Assembly: GCA_963766715.1 (NCBI GenBank)
Contig: CAVYBH010000015.1
Span: forward strand, 64,001-128,000
Length of the DNA stretch: 64,000 bases
Source: an uncultured delta proteobacterium
GTDB taxonomy: Bacteria > Myxococcota > Myxococcia > Myxococcales > Anaeromyxobacteraceae
Direction of reading: 5' to 3'
Of the stretch, positions 55,725 to 64,000 are shown in pieces. Numbering within the stretch: the stretch's first letter is position 1; each line of letters opens with the position of its first letter. The notes below the pieces were generated by a model. The model saw only the letters and a program-made list of their open reading frames with translations, was not told the DNA's origin and ran no database searches. The position numbers and the translations under genes are program-made.

Positions 55725-58373
55725 TCAGCGGGGCGGCGCCGCGGGCGCCACGGCCACCATCGGGATGTCGCCGAGGTCGACGGGCGCATCCGGCCGGGCC
55801 CGTGCGGTGACGGTGACGGGCGAGTAGCCCAGGGCCGCGGCGCTGACCTGGTGGTCGCCCTCGGACGTGATCCGCGTGAAACGGCCGGTCGCGCCGACCC
55901 CGTAGCGGCGGGAGGCGGTCCCGTCGACGAGGACGCGCGCCCGCGTCAGCGCCTTCCCGGTGGCGGCGTCGACGAGGCGGCCGGTCACCGTGCACGCCGG
56001 CGAGAGCAGGACCTCGACCGCCTTCGACTCCCCTGCCCCGGCCGAGACCTGCGCGTCCCCCACCCGGCCGTCGGCGGTCTTCACGTGAAGCGCGATCTGA
56101 CCCGGGGCGACGTCGTCGAGGTCGAAGGTGGCGTTCGCGAACTGCTGCTCCGAGGAGCCTCCGGGCAGGAAGGTGCGCTGGCTCACCGTGACGCCGAAGG
56201 ACTCCGGCGCGGGCTCGCCCAGGAGCCGCCCGTGGAGGCTCGCCGCGGGCTGGAGCTGGATCAACGCGTCGGCGACGGGCGGGGTGACCGTGGCGCTGCC
56301 CGTCCGCCCGCCGATTCGCGCGTTCACCTGGACCGGTGCGGACGCGGCGGACGACAGCGAGAAGGCGCCCTCCGGGTCGGTCTGGGTGGCCTGGAAACCC
56401 GAACCGGGCGAGCCGATCCAGACGGCGGCGCCGATGGCCGGGGCCGCGCCCGGCTCGAGCACGTGACCCGACACCGTCGGCGGGGGGTCGGCGGGAAGGA
56501 CCAGGTTCGCCAGGACGCGCTGACCCGCCGCGAGCTGGACCGTGGCGAGCGCGGCGGGGCGACCCGCGAAGCGGAACGTGCCGCCGGGCCGGATGGCGTG
56601 GACCCCGTAGGAACCGGGCGCCAGGGCGAGGAGATAGGCCCCGTTCGCGTCGGACGTGATCTGGCGCGCCTCGCCCGGTCGGGGCGGTCCGCTCCCGGTG
56701 GTGGTCCACACCATCGCGCCGGGCACCGGGTCTCCCACGGCGTCGAGGACCGCGCCCGAGACCACTCCGCCCTCCGAGAGGACCAGGTCGACGCTGGTGG
56801 TCTCTCCTTCCTCGACCGCGACCACGTTCACCGCGGCGGGCGACCCGAGGTCGCGGCGACCGCTCACGCGGAGCTGGCCTGGCGTGACCCCCTCGATCCG
56901 GAACCGGCCGCTCGAGTCGGTCCGGGCGGCGACCGCGGCGGCCTGGCCTGCGGCTCCTCCGCCTCCTGCGCCCCCGCCCCAGGCCCCGGGCCCGGCGCCC
57001 CGGCCCCACGGACCGTCGGCCGCGACCAGCGCCCCGCTCACCGGGAGCCCCTCCGTGTCGGTCACCGTTCCCTCCAGGACCGACGGCGGGACGAGCGTGA
57101 CGTCGAGGCGGAAGCGATCGCCTTGGCGGAGGTTCACTGCCGGGACCTGGGCGTTCCCGTGGCCGGTCGCGGAGATTGAGACCGCGTGGAGGCCCGGCAG
57201 GAGCCCCGTGAGCTCGTAGCTCCCGTCGGCCCGGGACGTCGTCCGGGCCGGATTCGCCGCGTCGCCCTGGAAGGCGACGGAGACCGACGCTCCTCGAACG
57301 GGACCCTTCGCCGAGCCGACGACTCCGGAGATCGAGGCCGCGGGCCCGAGCGCGATCTCGACGCCGCGCACGGTGGCTCCAGCGGCCACGGGGAGGACCC
57401 TGCCGGCCGAGCCGGTCTCGGCCCCGTGCCGGGCGAAGGCGCGGTGAAGCCCCGGCTCGACGTCGGCCGCAAACCCGCCGCCCGGCCCCGCCTCGACGAC
57501 CACCGGCTCTCCCGCCCCCATCACGGTGACCGTCGCCCCCGGCGCCGGCCGGCCGTCCCGCGTGACCGTTCCCTCGACGGTTCCGGCCGCCCCGAGGTCG
57601 ATGCGAAGCTCGGAGCCGTGCGGCACCGCCACGTCGTGCCGGTGACCGGCCGCGTGCCCCTCTGCGCGCGCCTCCACCTCGAAGCGCCCCGGCTGCAGGC
57701 CGGCGATGCGGAACTCCCCGCGCTCGTTCGAACTCGCGGTGGCGCGCTCCTCCGGAGGGAGCTCGAGCCTTCGCAGCCCGGCGCCGCGCCGGACGGGCGT
57801 GGCCACCACGGTCGCGAAGGGCACGGGTTCGCCGCCCTTCCTCTCGACCGTGCGGCCAGCCAGGGTGGCCGCCGCGGCGAGCTTCAGCTCGACGGGGGTC
57901 CTGGGCTCCCCGGCGGGCCGGACCGCCTCCACGAAGCCTCGCGCGAGACCCGGCGCCGACGCGACGACCAGGTACGATCCCGCGGCAGCCGCGAGGAAGA
58001 CGGTCCCGTCGGGCCCGCTCTGTCCCGCGCCCGCCGGCCTCCATCCCGCCGCACCGGGCGCATCCGCCCGATTGTAGAGCCGGATCTCGGCGCCCGGGAC
58101 GGGGCCGCCGGTGGCGCTCACCAGGACCTGGAATCCCCCGTCCTCGGTCGGGTTCCCGGGGGCGGCGATGGCCGGATCCGGAATCTTCCCTGCCGCAGGG
58201 TCCGCCGTCCTGGCCACGGCGGCGGCGGGCGAACCCGGCTCGGATGCCGGCGTCCTGGCCCCCGGACCGTGGTGGCCCGTCGCCAGGAAGTACCCGGCGA
58301 GCACGAGCGCCACGACGACGACCGCGACCGCGAGGATCGGCAACGCTTTCCGGGTGCGCATCCGGCGTAGCAA
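55725..58373 (-). CDS. Membrane-anchored protein with multiple carboxypeptidase regulatory-like (Cna-B-type) repeats
   Basis: N-terminal TM; repeated G.V...G.PV.GA.V and TD..G.F.I.GL.PG motifs. Confidence 0.8.
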   Translation of the reverse strand: MLRRMRTRKALPILAVAVVVVALVLAGYFLATGHHGPGARTPASEPGSPAAAVARTADPAAGKIPDPAIAAPGNPTEDGGFQVLVSATGGPVPGAEIRLYNRADAPGAAGWRPAGAGQSGPDGTVFLAAAAGSYLVVASAPGLARGFVEAVRPAGEPRTPVELKLAAAATLAGRTVERKGGEPVPFATVVATPVRRGAGLRRLELPPEERATASSNERGEFRIAGLQPGRFEVEARAEGHAAGHRHDVAVPHGSELRIDLGAAGTVEGTVTRDGRPAPGATVTVMGAGEPVVVEAGPGGGFAADVEPGLHRAFARHGAETGSAGRVLPVAAGATVRGVEIALGPAASISGVVGSAKGPVRGASVSVAFQGDAANPARTTSRADGSYELTGLLPGLHAVSISATGHGNAQVPAVNLRQGDRFRLDVTLVPPSVLEGTVTDTEGLPVSGALVAADGPWGRGAGPGAWGGGAGGGGAAGQAAAVAARTDSSGRFRIEGVTPGQLRVSGRRDLGSPAAVNVVAVEEGETTSVDLVLSEGGVVSGAVLDAVGDPVPGAMVWTTTGSGPPRPGEARQITSDANGAYLLALAPGSYGVHAIRPGGTFRFAGRPAALATVQLAAGQRVLANLVLPADPPPTVSGHVLEPGAAPAIGAAVWIGSPGSGFQATQTDPEGAFSLSSAASAPVQVNARIGGRTGSATVTPPVADALIQLQPAASLHGRLLGEPAPESFGVTVSQRTFLPGGSSEQQFANATFDLDDVAPGQIALHVKTADGRVGDAQVSAGAGESKAVEVLLSPACTVTGRLVDAATGKALTRARVLVDGTASRRYGVGATGRFTRITSEGDHQVSAAALGYSPVTVTARARPDAPVDLGDIPMVAVAPAAPPR

Positions 58374-58434
58374 ACACCAAGGCGCCGGAGAAGGACCCCG
58401 GGTTCATGCTTCTTCACACGCGAGGAAACGAAGA

Positions 58435-58460
58435 GAGGCGACGCCGTTGGGCGCCGCCTC
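58435..58460 (-). terminator. Intrinsic terminator-like hairpin of repeat copy 2
   Basis: Minus strand GAGGCGGCGCC-CAAC-GGCGTCGCCTC followed by TCTTCGTTT. Confidence 0.65.
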
Positions 58461-58498
58461 CCTACTTCGGGCCCCCGCCCGCTCTGCAATCCCTTGGG

Positions 58499-58914
58499 CT
58501 ACTCCTTGCGCTTCGCCTCGATCTCCTTCTTCAGCGACTCCAGCGCCGCTTCCCCGGCCTTCGACTCCTCCACCTTCTCGTCGGTGGCCTTCCCGGTGAA
58601 GTGCGCGGCGCCGGGCGCCCAGCCCGGGGTGACCGTCGCGGCCAGGTCCTTCGCCGACCGGTTGAAAGCGCCGGTGACGCCGCCGACCATGGTCTTCGCC
58701 GTCAGGTACAGGCCGATGAAGGGGAGGAACACCACCATGAGGCCGCCGAGCACCGGCATCAGCGCCAGCGCCGCCGCCGTGTTCACCTTCACGTAGTGCT
58801 CCGAAGACTTGCCGGGCAGCCGCTCGCCGTCGCGCGCGATGGGAAGATCTCCCAGTTGCTCTTGGAGAGGTAGTAGCCACCGGGAACCGCGCTGCCGCCG
58901 TTGATCGTCTTCAT
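58499..58914 (-). CDS. Small membrane protein of unknown function, copy 2 (1-bp deletion near 58842)
   Basis: Same MKTINGGSAVPGGYY... sequence as 10817-11238 with a different C-terminal tail. Confidence 0.8.
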
Positions 58915-59175
58915 TTGGTATCTCCCTTTCTGAAGACGACTCTGCTCCTTCCCGCGCTCCTTCGATATTGGGAGCAATACCCAGCCCGCCGAGTACGAAT
59001 CCCGATCTCCCCTCCGGAAAACTCCCCAACCCGGATGGGTGCAATCGCCTGCCCGCTTCCCGGGCGCGCGCTGCATTCGCGTCGGGCGTTCCGCGTCCAG
59101 GGAAGCGGAAACGACCGGGATCCTCGTTGCCGCGCACTGGAAGGCCCGGCCCGCTCGTTGCAGTCGGGTCACGGT

Positions 59176-59514
59176 GTGAAACTCATCCAGGCGATCGTGA
59201 GACCGTTCAAGCTGGACCAGGTGACCCAGGAACTCCACGAGGTGGGCGTCGCGGGCCTCACCGTCTCGGAGGTGAAGGGTTACGGCCGGCAACTCGGGCA
59301 CAAGGAGCTCTATCGCGGCGCGGAATACGCGATCGAGTTCAATCCGAAGGTGATGCTCGAGGTGGCCGTTCCCGACGAGCTCGCCACCCGGGTCGTCGAC
59401 GCGCTGGTTCGCGCCTCGCAGACCGGCAGCATCGGCGACGGGAAGATCTTCGTCGTGCCGCTCGAGGAGGCGGTCCGGGTGCGGAGCGCCGAGCGAGGAG
59501 ACACGGCGCTCTAG
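59176..59514 (+). CDS. glnB: P-II nitrogen regulatory protein (GlnB/GlnK family)
   Basis: MKLIQAIVRPFKL, VKGYGRQ, YRGAEY, TGSIGDGKIFV; 112 aa; glnB versus glnK cannot be resolved from sequence. Confidence 0.9.
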   Translation: MKLIQAIVRPFKLDQVTQELHEVGVAGLTVSEVKGYGRQLGHKELYRGAEYAIEFNPKVMLEVAVPDELATRVVDALVRASQTGSIGDGKIFVVPLEEAVRVRSAERGDTAL

Positions 59515-59571
59515 AGGGCGCGTCGCGAGCAGCCGGCGTACCTCCGGAGCGTCGGGGTGCACCGATCGCGG

Positions 59572-59823
59572 TCAGGTCGTCGCGCTCACGTGGCGCAGGA
59601 GCGCACGCTCGTAGGCGAGCCGCAGGGCCTCGCGGAAGAGCTGGTAGCGCTCGCGCTCGTGGAGCCGCTTGCAGAGTCGGAGGATCTCGCCGACCTCGGC
59701 GGCGAAGCGCTCCGAGATCTCCTCCCGCCGCGATTCGACGACGTCCTCCTGCATCTGCAGGCCGAAGAACGAGAACAGGGTGGGCAGGTCTCTCGTCTGG
59801 ATCGCTCGAATGGCTCGTCCCAT
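59572..59823 (-). CDS. Small hypothetical protein
   Basis: MGRAIRAIQTRDL...; AGGAGG RBS upstream. Confidence 0.55.
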   Translation of the reverse strand: MGRAIRAIQTRDLPTLFSFFGLQMQEDVVESRREEISERFAAEVGEILRLCKRLHERERYQLFREALRLAYERALLRHVSATT

Positions 59824-60075
59824 GGCTGCCTCCTGGGAGGACCGTTGCGCATTTCGTGCCAGGCGGCCGGCGGCGCGGAACTCCTTGAAGTGACGCGGTT
59901 CGTGGCCTCCTTCACCCCGGCGCGCCCCGCGGCCGCCCCTCCGCCGGCGCCCGGGTTCCAGCCCGGCTGCTCGGATCGGGGGCACCCGTTGGTGGATTGC
60001 AGGGGGCGTCGGCGGAGGCGGATCATGGACCCCGCTCCGGAGACCTGCGCCGGCCGGGGCCGGGGGAGGCGCACG

Positions 60076-61678
60076 ATGAACGTCCTTCTGGTCTGTCCGG
60101 AATACCCGGACACGTTCTGGTCCTTCAAGCACGCCCTTCGATTCTCTCCAAGGGGGCCGGGCAGCCTCCGCTGGGTCTCCTGACGGTCGCCGCCCTCCTC
60201 CCCGCCGGCTGGAAGAAGCGGCTCGTCGACCTCAACGTCCGGCCCCTCACCTCCGAGGATCTGGCCTGGGCGGACCAGGTCTTCCTGGGCGGCATGGCGA
60301 TCCAGGCCGACTCGGCCCGGAAGGTGATCGCGCGCTGCAACGAGGCGGGGGTCCCGGTGGTCGCCGGAGGCCCGCTCTTCACCGCCCGTCACCACGAGTT
60401 CACGGGGGTGGACCACTTCGTCCTGAACGAGGCGGAGCTGACCCTTCCGCCCTTCCTCGAGGACCTCCGCCACGGACGGGCGAAGCCGCTCTACACGGCC
60501 ACCGGATGGGCGGACCTGACCACCACGCCCATGCCGATGTGGGAGCTCGTCGATCCGCGGGACTACGCCACCCTGAACATCCAGTACTCGCGCGGCTGCC
60601 CCTACGACTGCGAGTTCTGCGACATCACCGTCCTCTTCGGCCACGCGCCGCGCACCAAGTCGGCCGACCAGGTGATCGCCGAGATGGAGGCCGTCCTCCG
60701 GACCGGGTGGCGGGGCCACCTGTTCTTCGTCGACGACAACTTCATCGGGAACCGGGCCAAGCTGAAGAAGGAGGTCCTTCCCCGGATCATCGGCTGGATG
60801 GAGGAGCACGGGCACCCGTTCTCCCTGGGCACGGAGGCGTCCCTCAACCTCTCCGACGACCCGGAACTGCTGGAGATGATGGCGCGGGCGGGCTTCGAGG
60901 AGGTCTTCGTCGGGATCGAGACCCCGAACGTGGAGAGCCTGGAGGAGTGCAAGAAGACCCCGAACCGGAACCGCGACCTCCTCGCGAGCGTCCGCACCCT
61001 CCAGCGGTCGGGGCTCCAGGTCCAGGCCGGGTTCATCGTCGGGTTCGACAGCGACCCTCCGCTCGTCTTCGACGACCTGATCCGGTTCATCGAGGAGAGC
61101 GGGATCGTGGTCGCCATGGTCGGGCTCCTGAACGCCCCCATCAACTCGCGGCTGCACCAGCGCCTGGGAAAGGAGAACCGGCTGCTCCACTCCTTCTCGG
61201 GGAACAACACCGACTTCTCGATGAACTTCGTTCCCCGGATGGACCTGGACGCGCTCCTGGGCGGGTACAAGCGGGTCGTGGCGACCCTCTATTCACCCAG
61301 GGCGTACTACCGGAGGGTGAAGGGCTTCCTCCAGGGCCACCGAGCCGCCCGGGCGCCACCACGCGCCCGTCGGGATCGCCCAGGTCCGGGCGCTCCTGCG
61401 TCGATGCTGCTCCTGGGCGTGGTGGAGAGGGGCGTCTCGACTACTGGAAGCTCTTCTTCTGGTCCCTCCTTCGCCGCCCGCGGCAGTTCTCGACGGCGAT
61501 CACGCTCTCCGTCTATGGATTTCACTTCCGCCGGGTGTTCGAGCTCCACGGGCAGGGGGCCGGACCCGGGACGACTGATTCCGCTGACGGTTCGCCGGAG
61601 CCCGGTTATGCCGCCCCGGTCGAACTCCTTCGAGGCCCCGGGGGCACATGCCGACGATCGTCTACGAAGCCGTGCTGA
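60076..61678 (+). CDS. B12-binding radical SAM protein, DUF4070 type (frameshifts near 60145 and 61340-61430; end uncertain)
   Basis: YPDTFWSF, PPLGLLTVAA, VAGGP, SRGCPYDCEFCDI, FFVDDNFIGN, GFIVGFDSD. Confidence 0.88.
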
Positions 61679-62121
61679 TGCGCGACTACCTGGTGGACCA
61701 GGCCCCGGCGCTCACCGGCGAGGAGGTCTGGACCTACCTCGCCGTCCTCACGCGGCTGGCGTCGTTCGACGGCGTGACCCGGGACGAGGTGCGGTTCATC
61801 GGGCGCGCGGCGGCGTCCCTGGGGCTCCCGCCCGACGCCGCCCGCAACGCCCACCGGATCGTCGTCGATCGGGCGATCCCCACGGAGAAGCTGGTCGAGC
61901 GCATCGCGGACCCGGGGCTGCGGCTCTGCCTCCTGCGCGACGCCTATCGCCTGGCCGCCGCCGACGAGCGATTCACCGAGTCCGAGCTCGGCGAGCTCGA
62001 GCGGATCGCGCGCGCGCTGGCGATCTCCTCCGACACCGCGGCCGGGGTCCGGAACGTGGCCCAGGAGGAGGCGCGGCTGCAGCGCGAGTTCGCCAGGCTG
62101 GTGCGGGAAGCCCGCGCCTGA
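61648..62121 (+). CDS. TerB-like helical protein
   Basis: LASFDGVTRDE and LAAADERFTESE resemble duplicated TerB motifs. Confidence 0.6.
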   Translation: MPTIVYEAVLMRDYLVDQAPALTGEEVWTYLAVLTRLASFDGVTRDEVRFIGRAAASLGLPPDAARNAHRIVVDRAIPTEKLVERIADPGLRLCLLRDAYRLAAADERFTESELGELERIARALAISSDTAAGVRNVAQEEARLQREFARLVREARA

Positions 62122-62124
62122 GGG

Positions 62125-62661
62125 CTACTTCGCCCGGGACGGCAGCCTGAGGGTCTCGCCCGCCACCATGAACCGGCCCCGGCCCTGGTGGTGGAGCGTC
62201 CTCGGCTCCTTCCGCGAGTGGTCCACCCAGGCCTTCACGACCTCCAGGACGAACAGGCAGTACCTTGCGACCATCCGGGTGTCGACGACCTTGCACTCGA
62301 GGCTGGCGTAGCACTCGTCGAGGAGGGGAGCGCGGACCTGGGAGGCTGGCGCGGCCGTGAGCCCGATCGTCCGGAGCTTGTCGCCCTTCCGCCCGGACGT
62401 GTTCCCGCACCGCACGACCTTCGAGGCCAGCTCCACGGTGGGGATGTTGATGACGCACTCCCTGGACGATCGGAGCAGCCCGAAGGAGAAGTTCCGGTTG
62501 CTCACCACGCAGGCCAGGAGCGGGGGCTCGAACTCGAGCATCGTCTGCCAGGACATGGCCATGACGTTCGTCCGGCCGCGGAAGGCGGTGGTGACCAGCG
62601 TGACGGGCCCGGGCTCGAGAAGGCCGTAGACCTTCGACAGCGGAAACGATCGCTTGGCCAC
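62125..62661 (-). CDS. Flavin reductase family protein
   Basis: LLEPGPVTLVTT, NVMAMSW, ECVINIP, CGNTSG, SLECKV, TLHHQG. Confidence 0.88.
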   Translation of the reverse strand: MAKRSFPLSKVYGLLEPGPVTLVTTAFRGRTNVMAMSWQTMLEFEPPLLACVVSNRNFSFGLLRSSRECVINIPTVELASKVVRCGNTSGRKGDKLRTIGLTAAPASQVRAPLLDECYASLECKVVDTRMVARYCLFVLEVVKAWVDHSRKEPRTLHHQGRGRFMVAGETLRLPSRAK

Positions 62662-62766
62662 GGCGCACCCCCCTGGAGGAGTCGGCGCAGTCACCGATCG
62701 CTTACGCCCCGCCTCGGCCGTGCCGCGCGGAGCCCCGGCCGGCATCTTCGGCGGCGGAGGTGGCCG

Positions 62767-63037
62767 ATGCCACGATGGGTGATCGAGCGGGACATCGCAG
62801 GACTCGGAAAGCTGTCCCCGGGGAGTTGAAGGCCGCCTCGCAGAAGTCGTGCGCGGTCCTGAACGAGCTGGGGCCGAGATCCAGTGGATCCAGAGCTACG
62901 TCACCGACGACAAGATGTACTGCGTGTACGTCGCGCCCGACGAGGCGACGGTCCGGAAGCACGCCGAGATGGGCGGCTTCCCCGCCAACAGGGTGTCGCG
63001 CGTGCGGACGACGATCGACCCGACCACGGCGGAGTAG
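62767..63037 (+). CDS. DUF4242 protein (frameshifted)
   Basis: MPRWVIERDI...SQKSCAVL...IQWIQSYVTDDKMYCVYVAP...HAEMGGFPAN. Confidence 0.8.
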
Positions 63038-63043
63038 GGTCGC

Positions 63044-64000
63044 CTACGTCAGCTCGAAGGTGAGCTCGCCGAGCCTGGCCAGGCTGCAGGCGAGCTTGTC
63101 GCCGGCCTTCAGCCAGACCCGCTTGTCGGGCGGCTTCCCCTGGATGACGCCCTCGGGCGTGCCGGTGAAGATGATGTCCCCGGGCTCGAGGGTGAGGATG
63201 CGGGAGATGTAGCTCACCATCTGCCGGCTATTGAAGATGAAGTCGCTCGTGTGGGACGACTGCCGTGTCTCGCCGTTCACCCGGCACTCGATGGCGAGAT
63301 CGTCCGGGTCGACCTGGTCGGCGGTCACGAGATACGGACCGAGCGGCGCGAACTGGTCCGGCGTCTTGCCCGGCAGCCACTGGCCGCCGGTCTCGAACTG
63401 GAGATCGCGCGCGGTGAAGTCGTTGCCGGTGCAGTAGCCGGCCACGTGGGTCAGGGCGTCCGCCTCCGTCACCCGCTTCGCCTGGCGCCCCATGACGATG
63501 ACGAGCTCGACCTCGTAGTCGAAGTTCTTCGCGACGTCGACGGGCAGCTGGATGGTCCCGCGGTGGGCGTTCAGCGTGTTGTTGAACTTGGCGAAGAGCA
63601 CCGGCTGCTTCGGGATGGGCTGCTTCACCTCCTCGGCGTGCTTCTTGTAGTTCAGGCCGACGCAGACGATCTTGCCCGGCCGGCTCACGAGCGGCCCGTA
63701 GCGGATGGCGCTCTCCGCGATCAGGGCCTTCTTCGCCGCCGGCGACCTCGCTGCCGCCGCCACCAGCGCCTCGAGCCTGGGGCCGTCCTCGTTCTGGAGC
63801 AGCTCGTCCATCGTGGTGGGCGCGGCCATCCGGAGGAGCGCCGCGGCCTGCTTCACGTCCAGGACCCCGGCTTCTGTCTTCACCCCGAGGCGAAGCTCGT
63901 CTCCCTGCCGGAAGGTGAGGAGCGTGAGGCCGCGCGCCATGCCTTTCGGTCCACGCGGAGGGGGCGCCTTCTCGGCTGCCCGGGCCTCGCCCGCGCCCGT
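63044..64000 (-). CDS. Fumarylacetoacetate hydrolase family protein (frame open to window edge; ATG at 63940 is an alternative start)
   Basis: KIVCVGLNY, DYEVEL, NDFTARD, GK, LEPGDIIFTGTPEG. Confidence 0.88.
   Translation of the reverse strand, partial: TGAGEARAAEKAPPPRGPKGMARGLTLLTFRQGDELRLGVKTEAGVLDVKQAAALLRMAAPTTMDELLQNEDGPRLEALVAAAARSPAAKKALIAESAIRYGPLVSRPGKIVCVGLNYKKHAEEVKQPIPKQPVLFAKFNNTLNAHRGTIQLPVDVAKNFDYEVELVIVMGRQAKRVTEADALTHVAGYCTGNDFTARDLQFETGGQWLPGKTPDQFAPLGPYLVTADQVDPDDLAIECRVNGETRQSSHTSDFIFNSRQMVSYISRILTLEPGDIIFTGTPEGVIQGKPPDKRVWLKAGDKLACSLARLGELTFELT

Larger units (their letters stand above)
58435..59042. repeat. Direct repeat copy 2
   Basis: Same orientation and near-identical to 10751-11366. 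Confidence 0.9.

Noticed and set aside
60076..61678. Calling the radical SAM enzyme a hopanoid methylase or RiPP maturase
   Set aside because: The family is broad, and no hopanoid genes or convincing precursor peptide are adjacent

Overview
Very GC-rich chromosomal window whose gene content suggests an Anaeromyxobacter/Myxococcota-like bacterium (inference). It holds about 55 CDSs, and about half carry single-base frameshifts that look like uncorrected long-read errors. From left to right: a response regulator/GGDEF gene fragment; an NHEJ locus (MerR-TPR gene, ku, ligD); miscellaneous housekeeping genes; a DUF485-ActP fusion with a DUF294 partner; and a purine catabolism and uptake island of about 32 kb (15.8-47.7 kb). 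The island encodes two PLP enzymes, an SsnA-like hydrolase, HydA, a D-aminoacylase, an M20 carbamoylase, a Se-dependent-type xanthine dehydrogenase, a shortened YgfK, XdhABC, four deaminases, two BMP-type ABC transporters and a Tsx-like porin. Next is a bacillithiol locus (bshC, bshA) divergent from an operon for a secreted LmbE/PIG-L enzyme, a microprotein and a sodium:solute symporter, followed by DUF2911. The end of the window has PII, a B12 radical SAM enzyme and a few small genes. A small membrane-protein gene with its upstream region and terminator occurs twice as a direct repeat (about 10.75-11.37 kb and 58.43-59.04 kb). The best candidates for undescribed biology are a rewired anaerobic urate/2,8-dioxopurine pathway, a possible periplasmic bacillithiol-conjugate recycling module, and a MerR-TPR accessory factor for NHEJ. 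No rRNA, tRNA, CRISPR array or transposase was seen. All product calls come from motif recognition by eye, not database searches.
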